From: Solirubrobacteraceae bacterium
GTDB lineage: Bacteria; Actinomycetota; Thermoleophilia; Solirubrobacterales; Solirubrobacteraceae
Length of the DNA stretch: 45,656 nucleotides
Direction: 5' to 3'
NCBI GenBank assembly: GCA_036257715.1
Contig: DATAEY010000026.1
Coordinates: 1 to 45,656, forward strand
Part shown: piece by piece, positions 35,065 through 43,951 of the stretch
Position numbering within the stretch: the first letter of the stretch is position 1
Layout: each line of letters opens with the position of its first letter
Made by a program: the position numbers and the translations under genes
The notes under the pieces: model-generated
The model's input: the letters and a program-made list of their open reading frames with translations, nothing else
Database searches by the model: none
Told to the model about the DNA's origin: nothing

Positions 35065-35509
35065 GCCCGTCGAAGATGAGGTTGGCGCCGGGTAGCTCCC
35101 CCGGGTCCGGCGCCTGGTAGCTCCACTTCACCACCCCGTCGGGGCCGATGATCACCAGGGCGCGCTGCGGGAAGCCACCCTCGTGATAGACGCCGAAGGC
35201 CCGGCAGGTCGCGCCCTTGGGCTCCCAGTCCGACAGCTGCTCGACGCTCACCCCCAGCTTCTCCTTGAACGCCGCCTGCGCCCAAGTCGAGTCGCACGAC
35301 ACGCCATAGAGCCGGGCGCCGCGGGCCTCGAGCTCGTCCAGCACCTCCTGGTAGACGTTGAGCTGGTCGCTGCACACCGGGCTGAACGCGAACGGATAGA
35401 ACACGAGCACGCTGGTCTGGCCGCTCAGGTCGTCGCGCCCGAGCGGCCGACCGTCCTCGCGGCGCAGCGTGAACTCCGGGGCGGGGGTGCCGGGCGGGGT
35501 GACGCTCAT
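35051..35509 (-). CDS. Peroxiredoxin (AhpC/TSA family, AhpE-like)
   Basis: APEFTL....G........G.TSVLVFYPFAFSPVCSDQL carries the peroxidatic Cys in the PxxxSxxC context. The protein is 152 aa. Confidence 0.85.
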   Translation of the reverse strand: MSVTPPGTPAPEFTLRREDGRPLGRDDLSGQTSVLVFYPFAFSPVCSDQLNVYQEVLDELEARGARLYGVSCDSTWAQAAFKEKLGVSVEQLSDWEPKGATCRAFGVYHEGGFPQRALVIIGPDGVVKWSYQAPDPGELPGANLIFDGLDAV

Positions 35510-35528
35510 GGACGGCCGGCGGGCCGGC

Positions 35529-35798
35529 TCAGCGACGAAGCCCGAGCTCGCGGACCAGCGTGCGATAGCCGTCGAGGTCGGTGCGCTGGAGGTAGCGCAG
35601 CAGCCGGCGGCGGTGGCCGACCATCTTGAGCAGCCCGCGACGCGAGTGGTGGTCCTTGACGTGGCTGCGCAGATGCTCGGTCAGGTCGTTGATGCGGTCG
35701 GTCAGGAGCGCGACCTGGACCTGGGTGGTGCCCGTGTCCGACTCGCTCGCCCCGAAGCGCGAGACCAGCTCCCGCCTGCGCTGCGCGGTGATCGTCAT
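35529..35798 (-). CDS. rpsO: 30S ribosomal protein S15
   Basis: It is 89 aa and reads FG....[40 protein letters not shown]. The start forms an ATGA overlap with the ribF stop. Confidence 0.95.
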   Translation of the reverse strand: MTITAQRRRELVSRFGASESDTGTTQVQVALLTDRINDLTEHLRSHVKDHHSRRGLLKMVGHRRRLLRYLQRTDLDGYRTLVRELGLRR

Positions 35799-36685
35799 CG
35801 GCGCGCAACCGTAGCAAAGCGCCGGCAGGCCTCCCGCGCCCGGTCGACGTCGAGCCGCATCTGCTCGACCAGCGCCTCCGCGCTGGCGAACCGCCGCTCT
35901 CCGCGCAGCCGGGTGAGGAACTCGAGCCTCAGCTCCTTGCCGTACAGGTCGGCGTCGAAGTCCATGATGTACGCCTCGACCAGCACGCCGCGGCCGCTCT
36001 CGAACGTCGGCCGCACGCCGACGTTCACGGCGGCGCAGCGTCCGTTGGCCAGGCAGGCGTAGACGCCGTGGCCAGGGCAGGCCAGGCGGTCGTCCGGGAC
36101 CAGGTTGGCGGTCGGGAACCCGAGGGCGCGCCCCCGGCGGTCACCCTCCACCACCGTGCCGCGAAGCTGGAAGGGATCGCCCAGGAAGGCCGCGGCATGT
36201 TCGAGCTCGCCAGCCAGGACCAGCCCCCGGATGTGGCTCGAGGAGACGATCTCGCCCTCGACCTCGACCAGCGGCGCAACCCGCGTCTCGAACGCGGACT
36301 GGGCGCGCAGGAGGTCGGGGTCGCCACCCGCGCGGTAGCCGAAGCGGAAGTTCTCGCCGACGGCGACCTCGCGCGCCCCCAACCGTCCGACCAGCACCTG
36401 GTCGATGAACTCCTGGGGCTCCAGGCGGGCGAAGGATCGGTCGAAGCTGATGACGGCCATCTCGTCCACGCCCAGCGACGCCACTAGGTCGGCCTTGACG
36501 TCGGTGCTGGTTAGCAGCTTCGGCGCCGCCTCGGGGTGGATCACCGAGAGCGGATGCGGGTCGAACGTGAGGACCGTGTCGGCGCCGCGGATCACCTCGC
36601 GATGGCCCAAGTGGACGCCGTCGAACTCCCCGACGGCGACGCTCCGGGGGCGCGTATGCGCCTGTTCGAGCCGGGTGACCCTCAT
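35795..36685 (-). CDS. ribF: Bifunctional riboflavin kinase / FMN adenylyltransferase
   Basis: It contains [16 protein letters not shown] and the riboflavin kinase domain [10 protein letters not shown]. The start forms an ATGA overlap with the truB stop. Confidence 0.92.
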   Translation of the reverse strand: MRVTRLEQAHTRPRSVAVGEFDGVHLGHREVIRGADTVLTFDPHPLSVIHPEAAPKLLTSTDVKADLVASLGVDEMAVISFDRSFARLEPQEFIDQVLVGRLGAREVAVGENFRFGYRAGGDPDLLRAQSAFETRVAPLVEVEGEIVSSSHIRGLVLAGELEHAAAFLGDPFQLRGTVVEGDRRGRALGFPTANLVPDDRLACPGHGVYACLANGRCAAVNVGVRPTFESGRGVLVEAYIMDFDADLYGKELRLEFLTRLRGERRFASAEALVEQMRLDVDRAREACRRFATVARR

Positions 36686-37527
36686 CGGCGGCGCAAGCCT
36701 ACGATCGGCTTGAGCGCCCCGGCCGAGGCGCCGCCCCCGCGCGTCGGCTCGGCGATCGCTATCAGCCCCTGGGCGTCGGTGAGCCGAACCGCGCCGTCGG
36801 CCTCGCCGGGGACCGCGACGCCGTGTGAGGCCCGGCGGGCGTCCTCGTCGGCCAGTCGCCGCTCGGGCAGGAAGCCCAAGGCATCGGCCAGGGGGACCAG
36901 GCGAGCGGGATCGGCATCCCCCACCGGGAACGGCCCGATCGCGATGCGCCGCAGCTCGGTGCAGTAGGCGTCACCCAGGTCGGCGATGAGGCTGCGCACA
37001 TACGTCCCCGACGAGCACTCGATCTCGAACTCGGCGCTGTCGCGCTCGCGAGCGACCAGCTCGAAGCGGTGCACGCAGACCTCGCGCTCGGGCGTCTCGA
37101 CCGCCTCGCCGCGCCGGGCGAGGCGGTAGGCCCTCTGGCCGCCGACCTTGACCGCGGAGTGGGCAGGTGGGCGCTGGCGCAGGAGTCCGACCGGCAGCTC
37201 GAGCGGATCCGGCGGCATGACGCCGGTCTGAGTTATCTCCCCCTCCGGGTCGCCGGTGGTCGAGACCGCGCCGAGGCGCGCCAGCGCGCGATACGTCTTG
37301 GGCAGCGCCATGAAGAACCGCTGCGCGCGGGTCGCCCGGCCGACCAGGATCAGCACCAGGCCCGTGGCAAACGGGTCCAGGGTTCCCGAGTGGCCTACCC
37401 GGGGTCGTCCGGGCAGCGCTCGGCGGACGGCGGCGACCACGTCGTGCGAGGTCTTCCCGACGGGCTTGTCGACCAGGATGACGCCGTCGGCCACGCCGCC
37501 AGTATGGGCGCTCGCGCGCACTCGCAT
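36682..37527 (-). CDS. truB: tRNA pseudouridine(55) synthase
   Basis: It contains GVILVDKPVGKTSHDVV and GHSGTLDPFATG (catalytic Asp). The start is ATG 37527 or GTG 37521; the latter has better spacing to the GGGGAGG SD. Confidence 0.9.
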   Translation of the reverse strand: MRVRASAHTGGVADGVILVDKPVGKTSHDVVAAVRRALPGRPRVGHSGTLDPFATGLVLILVGRATRAQRFFMALPKTYRALARLGAVSTTGDPEGEITQTGVMPPDPLELPVGLLRQRPPAHSAVKVGGQRAYRLARRGEAVETPEREVCVHRFELVARERDSAEFEIECSSGTYVRSLIADLGDAYCTELRRIAIGPFPVGDADPARLVPLADALGFLPERRLADEDARRASHGVAVPGEADGAVRLTDAQGLIAIAEPTRGGGASAGALKPIVGLRRR

Positions 37528-37556
37528 CCTCCCCGGCGCTCCGGCCGGCCCGAGTC

Positions 37557-38579
37557 CTAGACCGGCAGCGACTGGGCGGCTATCTGTGCGCGCAGGAAGC
37601 CGACCAGCTCGGCCCAGGGCATCGAGGTGGTGAACCCCGCGGCCTGGCGGTGGCCTCCGCCGCCGCGGGCGCGCGCGATCCGCGAGACGTCGATCCGGTC
37701 GTCGGCCGCTCGCAGGGAGACCTTACGCACGCCGCCCTGGTCGTCGCCCCGTAGATCGCGGATCAGGACGGCGACCACCGTCCCCTCGACCGCGCGCAGG
37801 TGGTCGACCACCCCCTCGGAGTAGGTGTCCTCGGCGCCGGTCTCGGCGTAGTCCCGCGCGCTCAGGTGGCTGAGGGTGAGGCTGCCGCCGTCATACCGCT
37901 CGACGTTGGACAGCGCCCTGGCCAGCAGCTCCAGCTTCCCGTACGGGATGCCTTCGTAGAGGCGCCGGTAGATCTCCGGAACGTCGACCCCCGCCTCGAT
38001 CAGCTCGGCCGCCATGGTGTGCGCGCGGGTGCCCGTGTTCTCGTACATAAAGCGGCCGGTGTCCGTCACCAGCGCGACGTACAGGGCCTCGGCGATGGTG
38101 ATTGTCGGCTCCACCCCCAGCTCGCCCATCAGGTCCCAGACGATCTCGGCGGTGCACGACGCCTCGGGGACGACGTAATTGACAGTCCCGAACCGGGTGT
38201 TGTCGTGGTGATGGTCGATGTTGAGGATGTGGGCCCCGTCGCGCTTGAGCGCGTCCGCCGGGTTGCGGTCGATGTTCCCGCAGTCCAGGAACACGATCGT
38301 GCGCTGCTCGAGGTCGTCGGGAGGGACGCTGACCAGGCCGTCCAGGCGGAAGAAGCGGTACTCGTAGGGCAGCGGGAACTCCTCGACGGACATGAACATC
38401 ACGCTGTCCTTGCCCATGTGGCCGAGCACCTCGTGGGTGGCGACCAGCGACCCGAGGGCGTCGCCGTCTGGGTTCTCGTGGGTCACCAGCACGAACCGGT
38501 CCGCTGCCCGCAGCTCCTCGAGCACCCGATCGCGCGCCGCGACCGCCCCCCCGGCCTCCGCCAGCCCCGAGCCGGTCAC
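37557..38579 (-). CDS. nrnA: DHH/DHHA1 phosphoesterase (NrnA-like oligoribonuclease / pAp phosphatase)
   Basis: It contains THENPDGDALGS, IDHHHDN and GGGHRQAAGF. The GTG start forms a GTGA overlap with the rbfA stop. Confidence 0.85.
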   Translation of the reverse strand: MTGSGLAEAGGAVAARDRVLEELRAADRFVLVTHENPDGDALGSLVATHEVLGHMGKDSVMFMSVEEFPLPYEYRFFRLDGLVSVPPDDLEQRTIVFLDCGNIDRNPADALKRDGAHILNIDHHHDNTRFGTVNYVVPEASCTAEIVWDLMGELGVEPTITIAEALYVALVTDTGRFMYENTGTRAHTMAAELIEAGVDVPEIYRRLYEGIPYGKLELLARALSNVERYDGGSLTLSHLSARDYAETGAEDTYSEGVVDHLRAVEGTVVAVLIRDLRGDDQGGVRKVSLRAADDRIDVSRIARARGGGGHRQAAGFTTSMPWAELVGFLRAQIAAQSLPV

Positions 38580-38920
38580 GTCCCGGTCTCGCGATCGATC
38601 AACTGCGAGATACGCATCCCGCGCTCGACGCTGTCGTCGTACTCGAACGAGAGGGTCGGCGTGTGCTTGAGGCGCAGCTCGGCGGCCACCCGACGCTGCA
38701 GGAAGCCGTGCGCAGAGCGCAGGCCGTCTAGCGTCGCCTCCCGCTCGGACGCCTCCCCCAGGACGGAGACGAACACGCGGGCATGGCGAAGGTCGGGGGT
38801 GGTCCTCACGGCGGTCACTGTGACGAAGCCCACGCGCGGGTCCTTCAGGTCACCCGTCACGGCGTCGCTCAGAACCTGGCGCACCGCCTCGTCGACCCGC
38901 CGCAGGCGATCCGATCCCAT
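38576..38920 (-). CDS. rbfA: Ribosome-binding factor A
   Basis: It is 114 aa, contains RV.EAVRQVLSDAV...LKDPRVGFVTVT.V..T.DLRHA.V.VSVLG, and sits in the conserved position after infB. Confidence 0.9.
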   Translation of the reverse strand: MGSDRLRRVDEAVRQVLSDAVTGDLKDPRVGFVTVTAVRTTPDLRHARVFVSVLGEASEREATLDGLRSAHGFLQRRVAAELRLKHTPTLSFEYDDSVERGMRISQLIDRETGT

Positions 38921-38959
38921 CCTAGCCGTCCGTCTTGGCCGGCGACCTGCCGCGGCGGG

Positions 38960-39271
38960 CTAGGCGCCGAGGTCCTCGAGCGACGCCAGTCGGCGCTCGA
39001 CCCTCGCCCCGTGCGGAAACCGCGCGTCCAGCCACCGCTCCACGCCGTCGGCGGCGTCCTCGAGGCGCCCGGCTGAGCCCCCCGCGAGCGCCGCCACCAG
39101 CGTGGCCCGCTGCCAGTGGTCCTGGTGGCCCACTTCCGCGATCGCGGCGCCGACGCGGCCCTGCAGGTGTGCCTTGACCGGCTGCAGCTCGCGGCGCTTG
39201 GCCTTGAGGCTGGCGCAGTCCGGGAAGTGCAGCTCGATGGTGAGGACGCTGACGAAGGCCCGAGGTGCCAC
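38960..39271 (-). CDS. DUF503 (YlxP-like) protein
   Basis: SVLTIELHFPDCASLKAKRRELQPVKAHL matches the DUF503 signature, and the gene holds the conserved slot between infB and rbfA. I start it at GTG 39271, 11 nt after the infB stop. Confidence 0.7.
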   Translation of the reverse strand: MAPRAFVSVLTIELHFPDCASLKAKRRELQPVKAHLQGRVGAAIAEVGHQDHWQRATLVAALAGGSAGRLEDAADGVERWLDARFPHGARVERRLASLEDLGA

Positions 39272-39282
39272 GGGCGCCGCGC

Positions 39283-41520
39283 TCAGGCCAGCTCCCGCTC
39301 GACCTTCCGGGTGGCGTAGACCTCGAGCTGGTCCCCCTCCTTGATGTCGGAGAAGTCCTTGAGGACGATGCCGCACTCGAATCCACTGGCGACCTCCCTC
39401 ACGTCGTCATTGAAGCGGCGCAGCGACGCGATCTCCCCGTCGTAGACGACCGTACCGTCGCGGACCAGCCGCACCTTCGCCCCGCGTACGACCTTGCCGT
39501 CAGTGACGTACGAGCCGGCGATCGTCCCCACCCGCGAGGCGCGGAACAGCTGCCGGACCTCCACCTGCCCGATCGACTCCTCGACCTCCTCGGGCTCCAG
39601 CATGCCCTCCATGGCGGCGCGCAGCTCCTCGATGGCCTTGTAGATAACGGTGTACGTGCGGATCTCGACGCGCTCGCGGTCCGCGGCCGCGCGGGCGTCG
39701 CCCACCGGGCGCACGTTGAACCCCAGGACGATGCCGTTGGAGGCGGCTGCGAGCATGACGTCGGACTCGTTGATCCCGCCCACGGCGCTGTGGACCACGT
39801 TGACCGCCACCTCGTCCTGGGGGAGTCGCGCGATCTCGTCCTCGACGGCCTCCATGGAGCCCGAGACGTCGGCCTTGAGGACCAGGTTGAGCGCCTTGAC
39901 CTCACCCTCGCGGGCGAGCCGGAACACCTCCTCCAGCGAGACCTTCATGCCCGAGCGGCGAGCGATGGCCTCGGTCTTGAGGCGGTTGGCCCTCTCCCCC
40001 GCCAGCTGGCGGGCGCGGCGGTCGTTCTCCACCACGCGCACGAACTCGCCCGCCTCCGGCACCCCGTCGAATCCCAGCACCTCGACCGGCTGGCCGGGCT
40101 CCGACCGCTTGAGCCGCTCGCCCATGAAGTCGTGCATCGCGCGGACCCGGCCCCAGTGGGCGCCGGCCACCACCGCGTCGCCGACCCGCAGCGTGCCGCG
40201 CTGGACCAGGATGGTCACCACCGGGCCGCGACCCGACTCGAGCTTGGACTCGATCACCACGCCCGACGCCTCGGTCCGGGCGTTGGCGCGCAGCTCCTCC
40301 AGCTCGGCCACCACCTGGATGGTGTCGAGCAGGTCGTCGAGCCCCTGCTTGGTCTTGGCCGAGACGTCGACGAACTCGGTCTCGCCACCCCATTCGGCCG
40401 GCTGCAGCCCGCGCTGGCTCATCTCGGTCCGGACCCGGTCGGGCTGGGCGCCCTCCTTGTCGATCTTGTTGACCGCCACGACGATCGGGACGTCGGCCGC
40501 CTTGGCATGGTCGATCGCCTCGTCGGTCTGCGGCTTGACGCCATCGTCGGCGGCGACCACGATCACCGCTATGTCGGTGACCCGCGCGCCGCGGGCCCGC
40601 ATGGCGGTGAACGCCTCGTGGCCGGGTGTGTCCAAGAAGGTGACCGCCCTGCCGTTGTGGCGCACCTGATAGGCCCCGATGTGCTGGGTAATCCCGCCGG
40701 CCTCGCCCGCCGCCACCTCGGTCTCGCGGATGGCGTCCAGCAGCGAGGTCTTGCCGTGGTCGACGTGGCCCATGATCGTGACCACCGGCGGGCGCTCGAC
40801 CAGGTCGCCCTCCGCGTCCTCGAAGACCGGCTCGGCGTCGACCTCGTCGGCCACGTGGACGATCTCGATGTCCTTGGCGAACTCCGTGGCCAGGACCTGG
40901 ATCGCATCATCGGCCAGCGTCTGGTTCTGGGTCGCCATCTCCCCCAGCTCCATCAGCTTCATGATCACCTGGGGAAGGGGCACCCCGAGCGACTCGGCGG
41001 CCTGCTTGACCGTGGAGCCCGAGTTGATCCGAATCGTGTCGACCGCGGTGGCCACCGACGGGTCCTGCGGAGTCGGCTCCTGGTAGGTGCCCCGCCGGCG
41101 CCGGCCGCGGCGCTGGCGCCGCGGCGGCTGGGTGGCCGGGCCGCGCCCGTCCGGGCGTCGGGACGCCTGGGAGTCGATGACCACGCGCCGGCGCCCGGCG
41201 GCGCTGCCAGGCGCGCGCTCGCCGGCCAGCGAGGAGCGGGTGGGGCGCTGCTTGGGGGCTCCGTCCCCCCGGCCCGGAGGCGGCGGGGCGGACGCCGGCG
41301 GGCTCGCCGCCGCGGCGGGCTGGGCGGGGGCCCGATCGACGGCGGGCTCGGGCCGAGCCGGCGCGGCGCCGCCGTTGCCGAGCGCCCGAAGGGCATCGGC
41401 CTCCTCGACCGAGGAGGCGGGCGCCTTGACCTCGATCCCGGCGGCGCGAAGCCGGGCGAGCAGGTCGCTGCTGCTCAGCCCGCGCTCCTTCGCGATCTCG
41501 TGGACCCGCTTGCGTGCCAT
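39283..41520 (-). CDS. infB: Translation initiation factor IF-2
   Basis: The start is ATG 41520 ([21 protein letters not shown], an IF2_N domain). A Pro/Arg-rich linker precedes the G domain ([26 protein letters not shown]) and the C-terminal domains. The 245 extra codons in track ORF 39283..42255 overlap ylxR and nusA. Confidence 0.95.
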   Translation of the reverse strand: MARKRVHEIAKERGLSSSDLLARLRAAGIEVKAPASSVEEADALRALGNGGAAPARPEPAVDRAPAQPAAAASPPASAPPPPGRGDGAPKQRPTRSSLAGERAPGSAAGRRRVVIDSQASRRPDGRGPATQPPRRQRRGRRRRGTYQEPTPQDPSVATAVDTIRINSGSTVKQAAESLGVPLPQVIMKLMELGEMATQNQTLADDAIQVLATEFAKDIEIVHVADEVDAEPVFEDAEGDLVERPPVVTIMGHVDHGKTSLLDAIRETEVAAGEAGGITQHIGAYQVRHNGRAVTFLDTPGHEAFTAMRARGARVTDIAVIVVAADDGVKPQTDEAIDHAKAADVPIVVAVNKIDKEGAQPDRVRTEMSQRGLQPAEWGGETEFVDVSAKTKQGLDDLLDTIQVVAELEELRANARTEASGVVIESKLESGRGPVVTILVQRGTLRVGDAVVAGAHWGRVRAMHDFMGERLKRSEPGQPVEVLGFDGVPEAGEFVRVVENDRRARQLAGERANRLKTEAIARRSGMKVSLEEVFRLAREGEVKALNLVLKADVSGSMEAVEDEIARLPQDEVAVNVVHSAVGGINESDVMLAAASNGIVLGFNVRPVGDARAAADRERVEIRTYTVIYKAIEELRAAMEGMLEPEEVEESIGQVEVRQLFRASRVGTIAGSYVTDGKVVRGAKVRLVRDGTVVYDGEIASLRRFNDDVREVASGFECGIVLKDFSDIKEGDQLEVYATRKVERELA

Positions 41521-41768
41521 CAGACCATGAAGTTTACGGCGTCCCGTGACACGGCCACCGGGCGCCGGAACGCCCGTCCGAAGGCCTGCCGGCGCAGCGC
41601 AGCGTCCAGGCAGCGGCGGACGGGATGTAGGTAGGCGCCGCGTCCCGGCAGTCGCCGGTACGGGTCCGGCACCGCCTCCCCGCCGACCAGAGCGAAGCGC
41701 AGCAGCTCCGGCTGGGGGGCCACGCGCCGGCACCCAAGGCAGGTCCGCCGGGGAGGACCGCCGGTCAG
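41520..41768 (-). CDS. ylxR: YlxR/RnpM-family (DUF448) RNA-binding protein
   Basis: RRTCLGCRRV....ELLRF......V.D....LPGRGAYLHP...C matches the DUF448 signature, and the gene holds the conserved slot between nusA and infB. No ATG, GTG or TTG lies upstream of the motif outside nusA. The proposed start is CTG at 41768, in a CTGA overlap with the nusA stop. Its own stop overlaps the infB ATG (TGATG). Confidence 0.65.
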   Translation of the reverse strand: MTGGPPRRTCLGCRRVAPQPELLRFALVGGEAVPDPYRRLPGRGAYLHPVRRCLDAALRRQAFGRAFRRPVAVSRDAVNFMV

Positions 41769-43336
41769 GCCGCCGACGGGTCGCCGCCCGCCGGCTGGCG
41801 ATCCGCTGCGGGCTGTGCCTGGACGCCGCCGGCGTCGCCGGGCTCGACGTCGCTCGGGACCCGCTCCTCGGCGGTCTCGGCGGGCGCCTCCGCCGCCAGG
41901 GGGGACGCCGGAGCATCTCCGCTGGGTGCCGAGGACGGCTCGGGAAGCTCGTCGGGGCTGGGCGGGGGCGCCGTCTCGCCCGCGGCGATCTCCTCTCCGG
42001 GCCCGGCCGCTCGCTCCGGCGCCTCGGCCTGGGGCGCCGGGCCGGCAGCCGCCGGCTCGGCCGCGGGCGCCCCGCCGGTGAGCGCTCTGACGTCGTCGCC
42101 CTCGATGCCCTCGAGCGCCTGGTGGAGCTCCAGCCCGCAGTAACGCGATCCGGGCAGCGCCGCGTTGGGGCACCGGCGCCCGTTGGCCATGATGGCGGCG
42201 CACCGCCCGCCCTGCTCCTCCTCCTCGTAGCCGTGCTCGGCCTCCTCGGCGGCAAACTCGGTCTCGGACCTGATGTCGACCCGCCAGCCGGTCAGGCGTG
42301 CGGCCAGCCGCGCGTTCTGCCCCTCGCGGCCGATCGCCAGCGACAGCTGGTCGTCGGGCACCACGACCGTGGCCTGGCGTCCCTCGTCGTCGACCAGCAC
42401 CTCCCGCACCCGGGCAGGCGACAGCGCCTTGGCCACGAACCGGGCCGGCTCCTCGTTGTACGGGATGATGTCGATCTTCTCGCCCCGCAGCTCGGAGACC
42501 ACCATCCGCACGCGCGAGCCGCGGGGCCCGACGCAGGCGCCGACCGGGTCCACGCCGTCGGCGTGGGAGACCACCGCGATCTTCGAGCGGTACCCGGGCT
42601 CGCGGGCCACATCGGTGATCTCGACCAGGCCGTCCGCGATCTCGGGGACCTCGAGCTCGAACAGCTTCTTGATCAGCTCCGGGTCCCGGCGCGAGACGAT
42701 GATGCTGGGCCCCTTGGTCGAGGCGGAGACCTCCTTGATCACCGCCTTGATGCGGCCCGAGTGCTCGTAGCGCTCGCCGTCGACCTGCTCGGACTTCGGC
42801 AGCAAGGCCTCGACGCGCTCGCGCAGCTGGACGAGGGTGTAGCGCGAGTCGGACTGCTGGACAAGGCCGGTGACCAGCTCCCCGACCCGATCGCGGTACT
42901 CCTCGAACATCATGTCGCGCTCGGCCTCGCGGATCCGCTGGAGGATCACCTGCTTGGCCGTCTGGGCGGCGATTCGCCCGAAGTCGTCGGGGGTGACGTC
43001 GCGCTCGTCGATCTGGTCCCGATACTCCTGGAACTTCACCGGGTCGATCTCCGGATCCTCGGGCTCGCGCGCCTCGCCGGTCTCCGGATCAATCGTGGTG
43101 CCCTCGTCGATCGTCTCCACGATCAGCTGCGCCTCGAGCCGCTCGGGGATCAGCAGCTCGTAGACCTTGAAGTCTCCGGTCTCGCGGTCCATCTCCACCC
43201 GGGCGTACTTGGCCGACCCCGGCGTCTTCTTGTACGCCGACAGCAGCGCGTCCTCGAGCGCCTCGAACAGCCGGTCGGGGGCGATGCCCTTCTCCGCGGC
43301 CAGCGCGCGGGTGGCTTCGAGGATCTCTCTGGACAT
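41765..43336 (-). CDS. nusA: Transcription termination/antitermination factor NusA with a non-canonical C-terminal extension
   Basis: The NTD, an S1 domain, KH1 and KH2 (GACVGPRGSRV, LAIGREGQNARLA) are present. They are followed by a ~165-aa acidic Pro/Ala-rich tail containing a Cys/His motif. Confidence 0.95.
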   Translation of the reverse strand: MSREILEATRALAAEKGIAPDRLFEALEDALLSAYKKTPGSAKYARVEMDRETGDFKVYELLIPERLEAQLIVETIDEGTTIDPETGEAREPEDPEIDPVKFQEYRDQIDERDVTPDDFGRIAAQTAKQVILQRIREAERDMMFEEYRDRVGELVTGLVQQSDSRYTLVQLRERVEALLPKSEQVDGERYEHSGRIKAVIKEVSASTKGPSIIVSRRDPELIKKLFELEVPEIADGLVEITDVAREPGYRSKIAVVSHADGVDPVGACVGPRGSRVRMVVSELRGEKIDIIPYNEEPARFVAKALSPARVREVLVDDEGRQATVVVPDDQLSLAIGREGQNARLAARLTGWRVDIRSETEFAAEEAEHGYEEEEQGGRCAAIMANGRRCPNAALPGSRYCGLELHQALEGIEGDDVRALTGGAPAAEPAAAGPAPQAEAPERAAGPGEEIAAGETAPPPSPDELPEPSSAPSGDAPASPLAAEAPAETAEERVPSDVEPGDAGGVQAQPAADRQPAGGDPSAA

Positions 43337-43339
43337 GCC

Positions 43340-43795
43340 TCAGTCCCCCAACAGGTTCGATCGCTGGATGTCGTCGTACGAGATCGACACCACGCCGTCC
43401 GGGGCGGCCACGGTTACGTCGCGCTCGGAGACGCCCACCAACTCGCCGGTGAAGCTGCGCCGCGAGGGAGAGCCGGCACACCCGGCGGTTTCGCGACCGG
43501 CGGCCGAGAGCGCTCCCCGCGTGCGGATCCGCGCCCGGCGGCCCAGGAAGCGCCGGAAGTGCTGAGGCTTGGTCAGCGGCCGCTGGCTTCCCGGCGAGGA
43601 GACCTCGAGCGCGTAGCTCTCGCGCAGCGGCCCCAGGTGCCGGGAGACCCGCTCGCACAGCTCCAGGGTGACCCCCCGCGGGTGGTCGATGAACACCCGC
43701 AGCGTGCCGCCGGGGACCACCTCGGCCAACAGCACCTCGACGTCGGGCTCGAAGTCGACCAGGCGAGCCTCGATATCCGCTTGAACCGCGCTCAT
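43340..43795 (-). CDS. rimP: Ribosome maturation factor RimP
   Basis: The last 151 aa of track ORF 43340..45568 read LLAEVVPGGTLRVFIDHP.GVTLELCERVSR.L.......YALEVSSPG..RPL. The start is ATG 43795, with GAAGGAG upstream. Confidence 0.9.
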   Translation of the reverse strand: MSAVQADIEARLVDFEPDVEVLLAEVVPGGTLRVFIDHPRGVTLELCERVSRHLGPLRESYALEVSSPGSQRPLTKPQHFRRFLGRRARIRTRGALSAAGRETAGCAGSPSRRSFTGELVGVSERDVTVAAPDGVVSISYDDIQRSNLLGD

Positions 43796-43807
43796 GTCTC
43801 CTTCATG

Positions 43808-43831
43808 AAAAAAGTGGGCGAGCGCCCACTT
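43808..43831 (-). terminator. Intrinsic-terminator-like hairpin plus U-tract in the rimP leader
   Basis: The minus-strand RNA reads AAGUGGGC-GCUC-GCCCACUU followed by UUUU (six consecutive T in total). It ends 12 nt before the rimP ATG. A T6 run is very rare in this sequence. Confidence 0.5.
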
Positions 43832-43877
43832 TCGACCCATCGCCGGCGGCCGGCGCCGGCACGAAAGCTGTCCTCGC

Positions 43878-43886
43878 AGGATACCA
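43878..43886 (-). promoter_or_regulatory. Candidate extended -10 (TGGTATCCT) for the rimP-nusA-infB operon
   Basis: This is a TGn+TAnnnT element about 85 nt upstream of the rimP ATG and upstream of the leader hairpin. There is no good -35. Confidence 0.25.
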
Positions 43887-43951
43887 CCGCGCCGGCCCGC
43901 CGCCAGCCGGCTCGCGCCTGCGCGGCGGGCGGCTCGTATCGTGGTCAGGGC

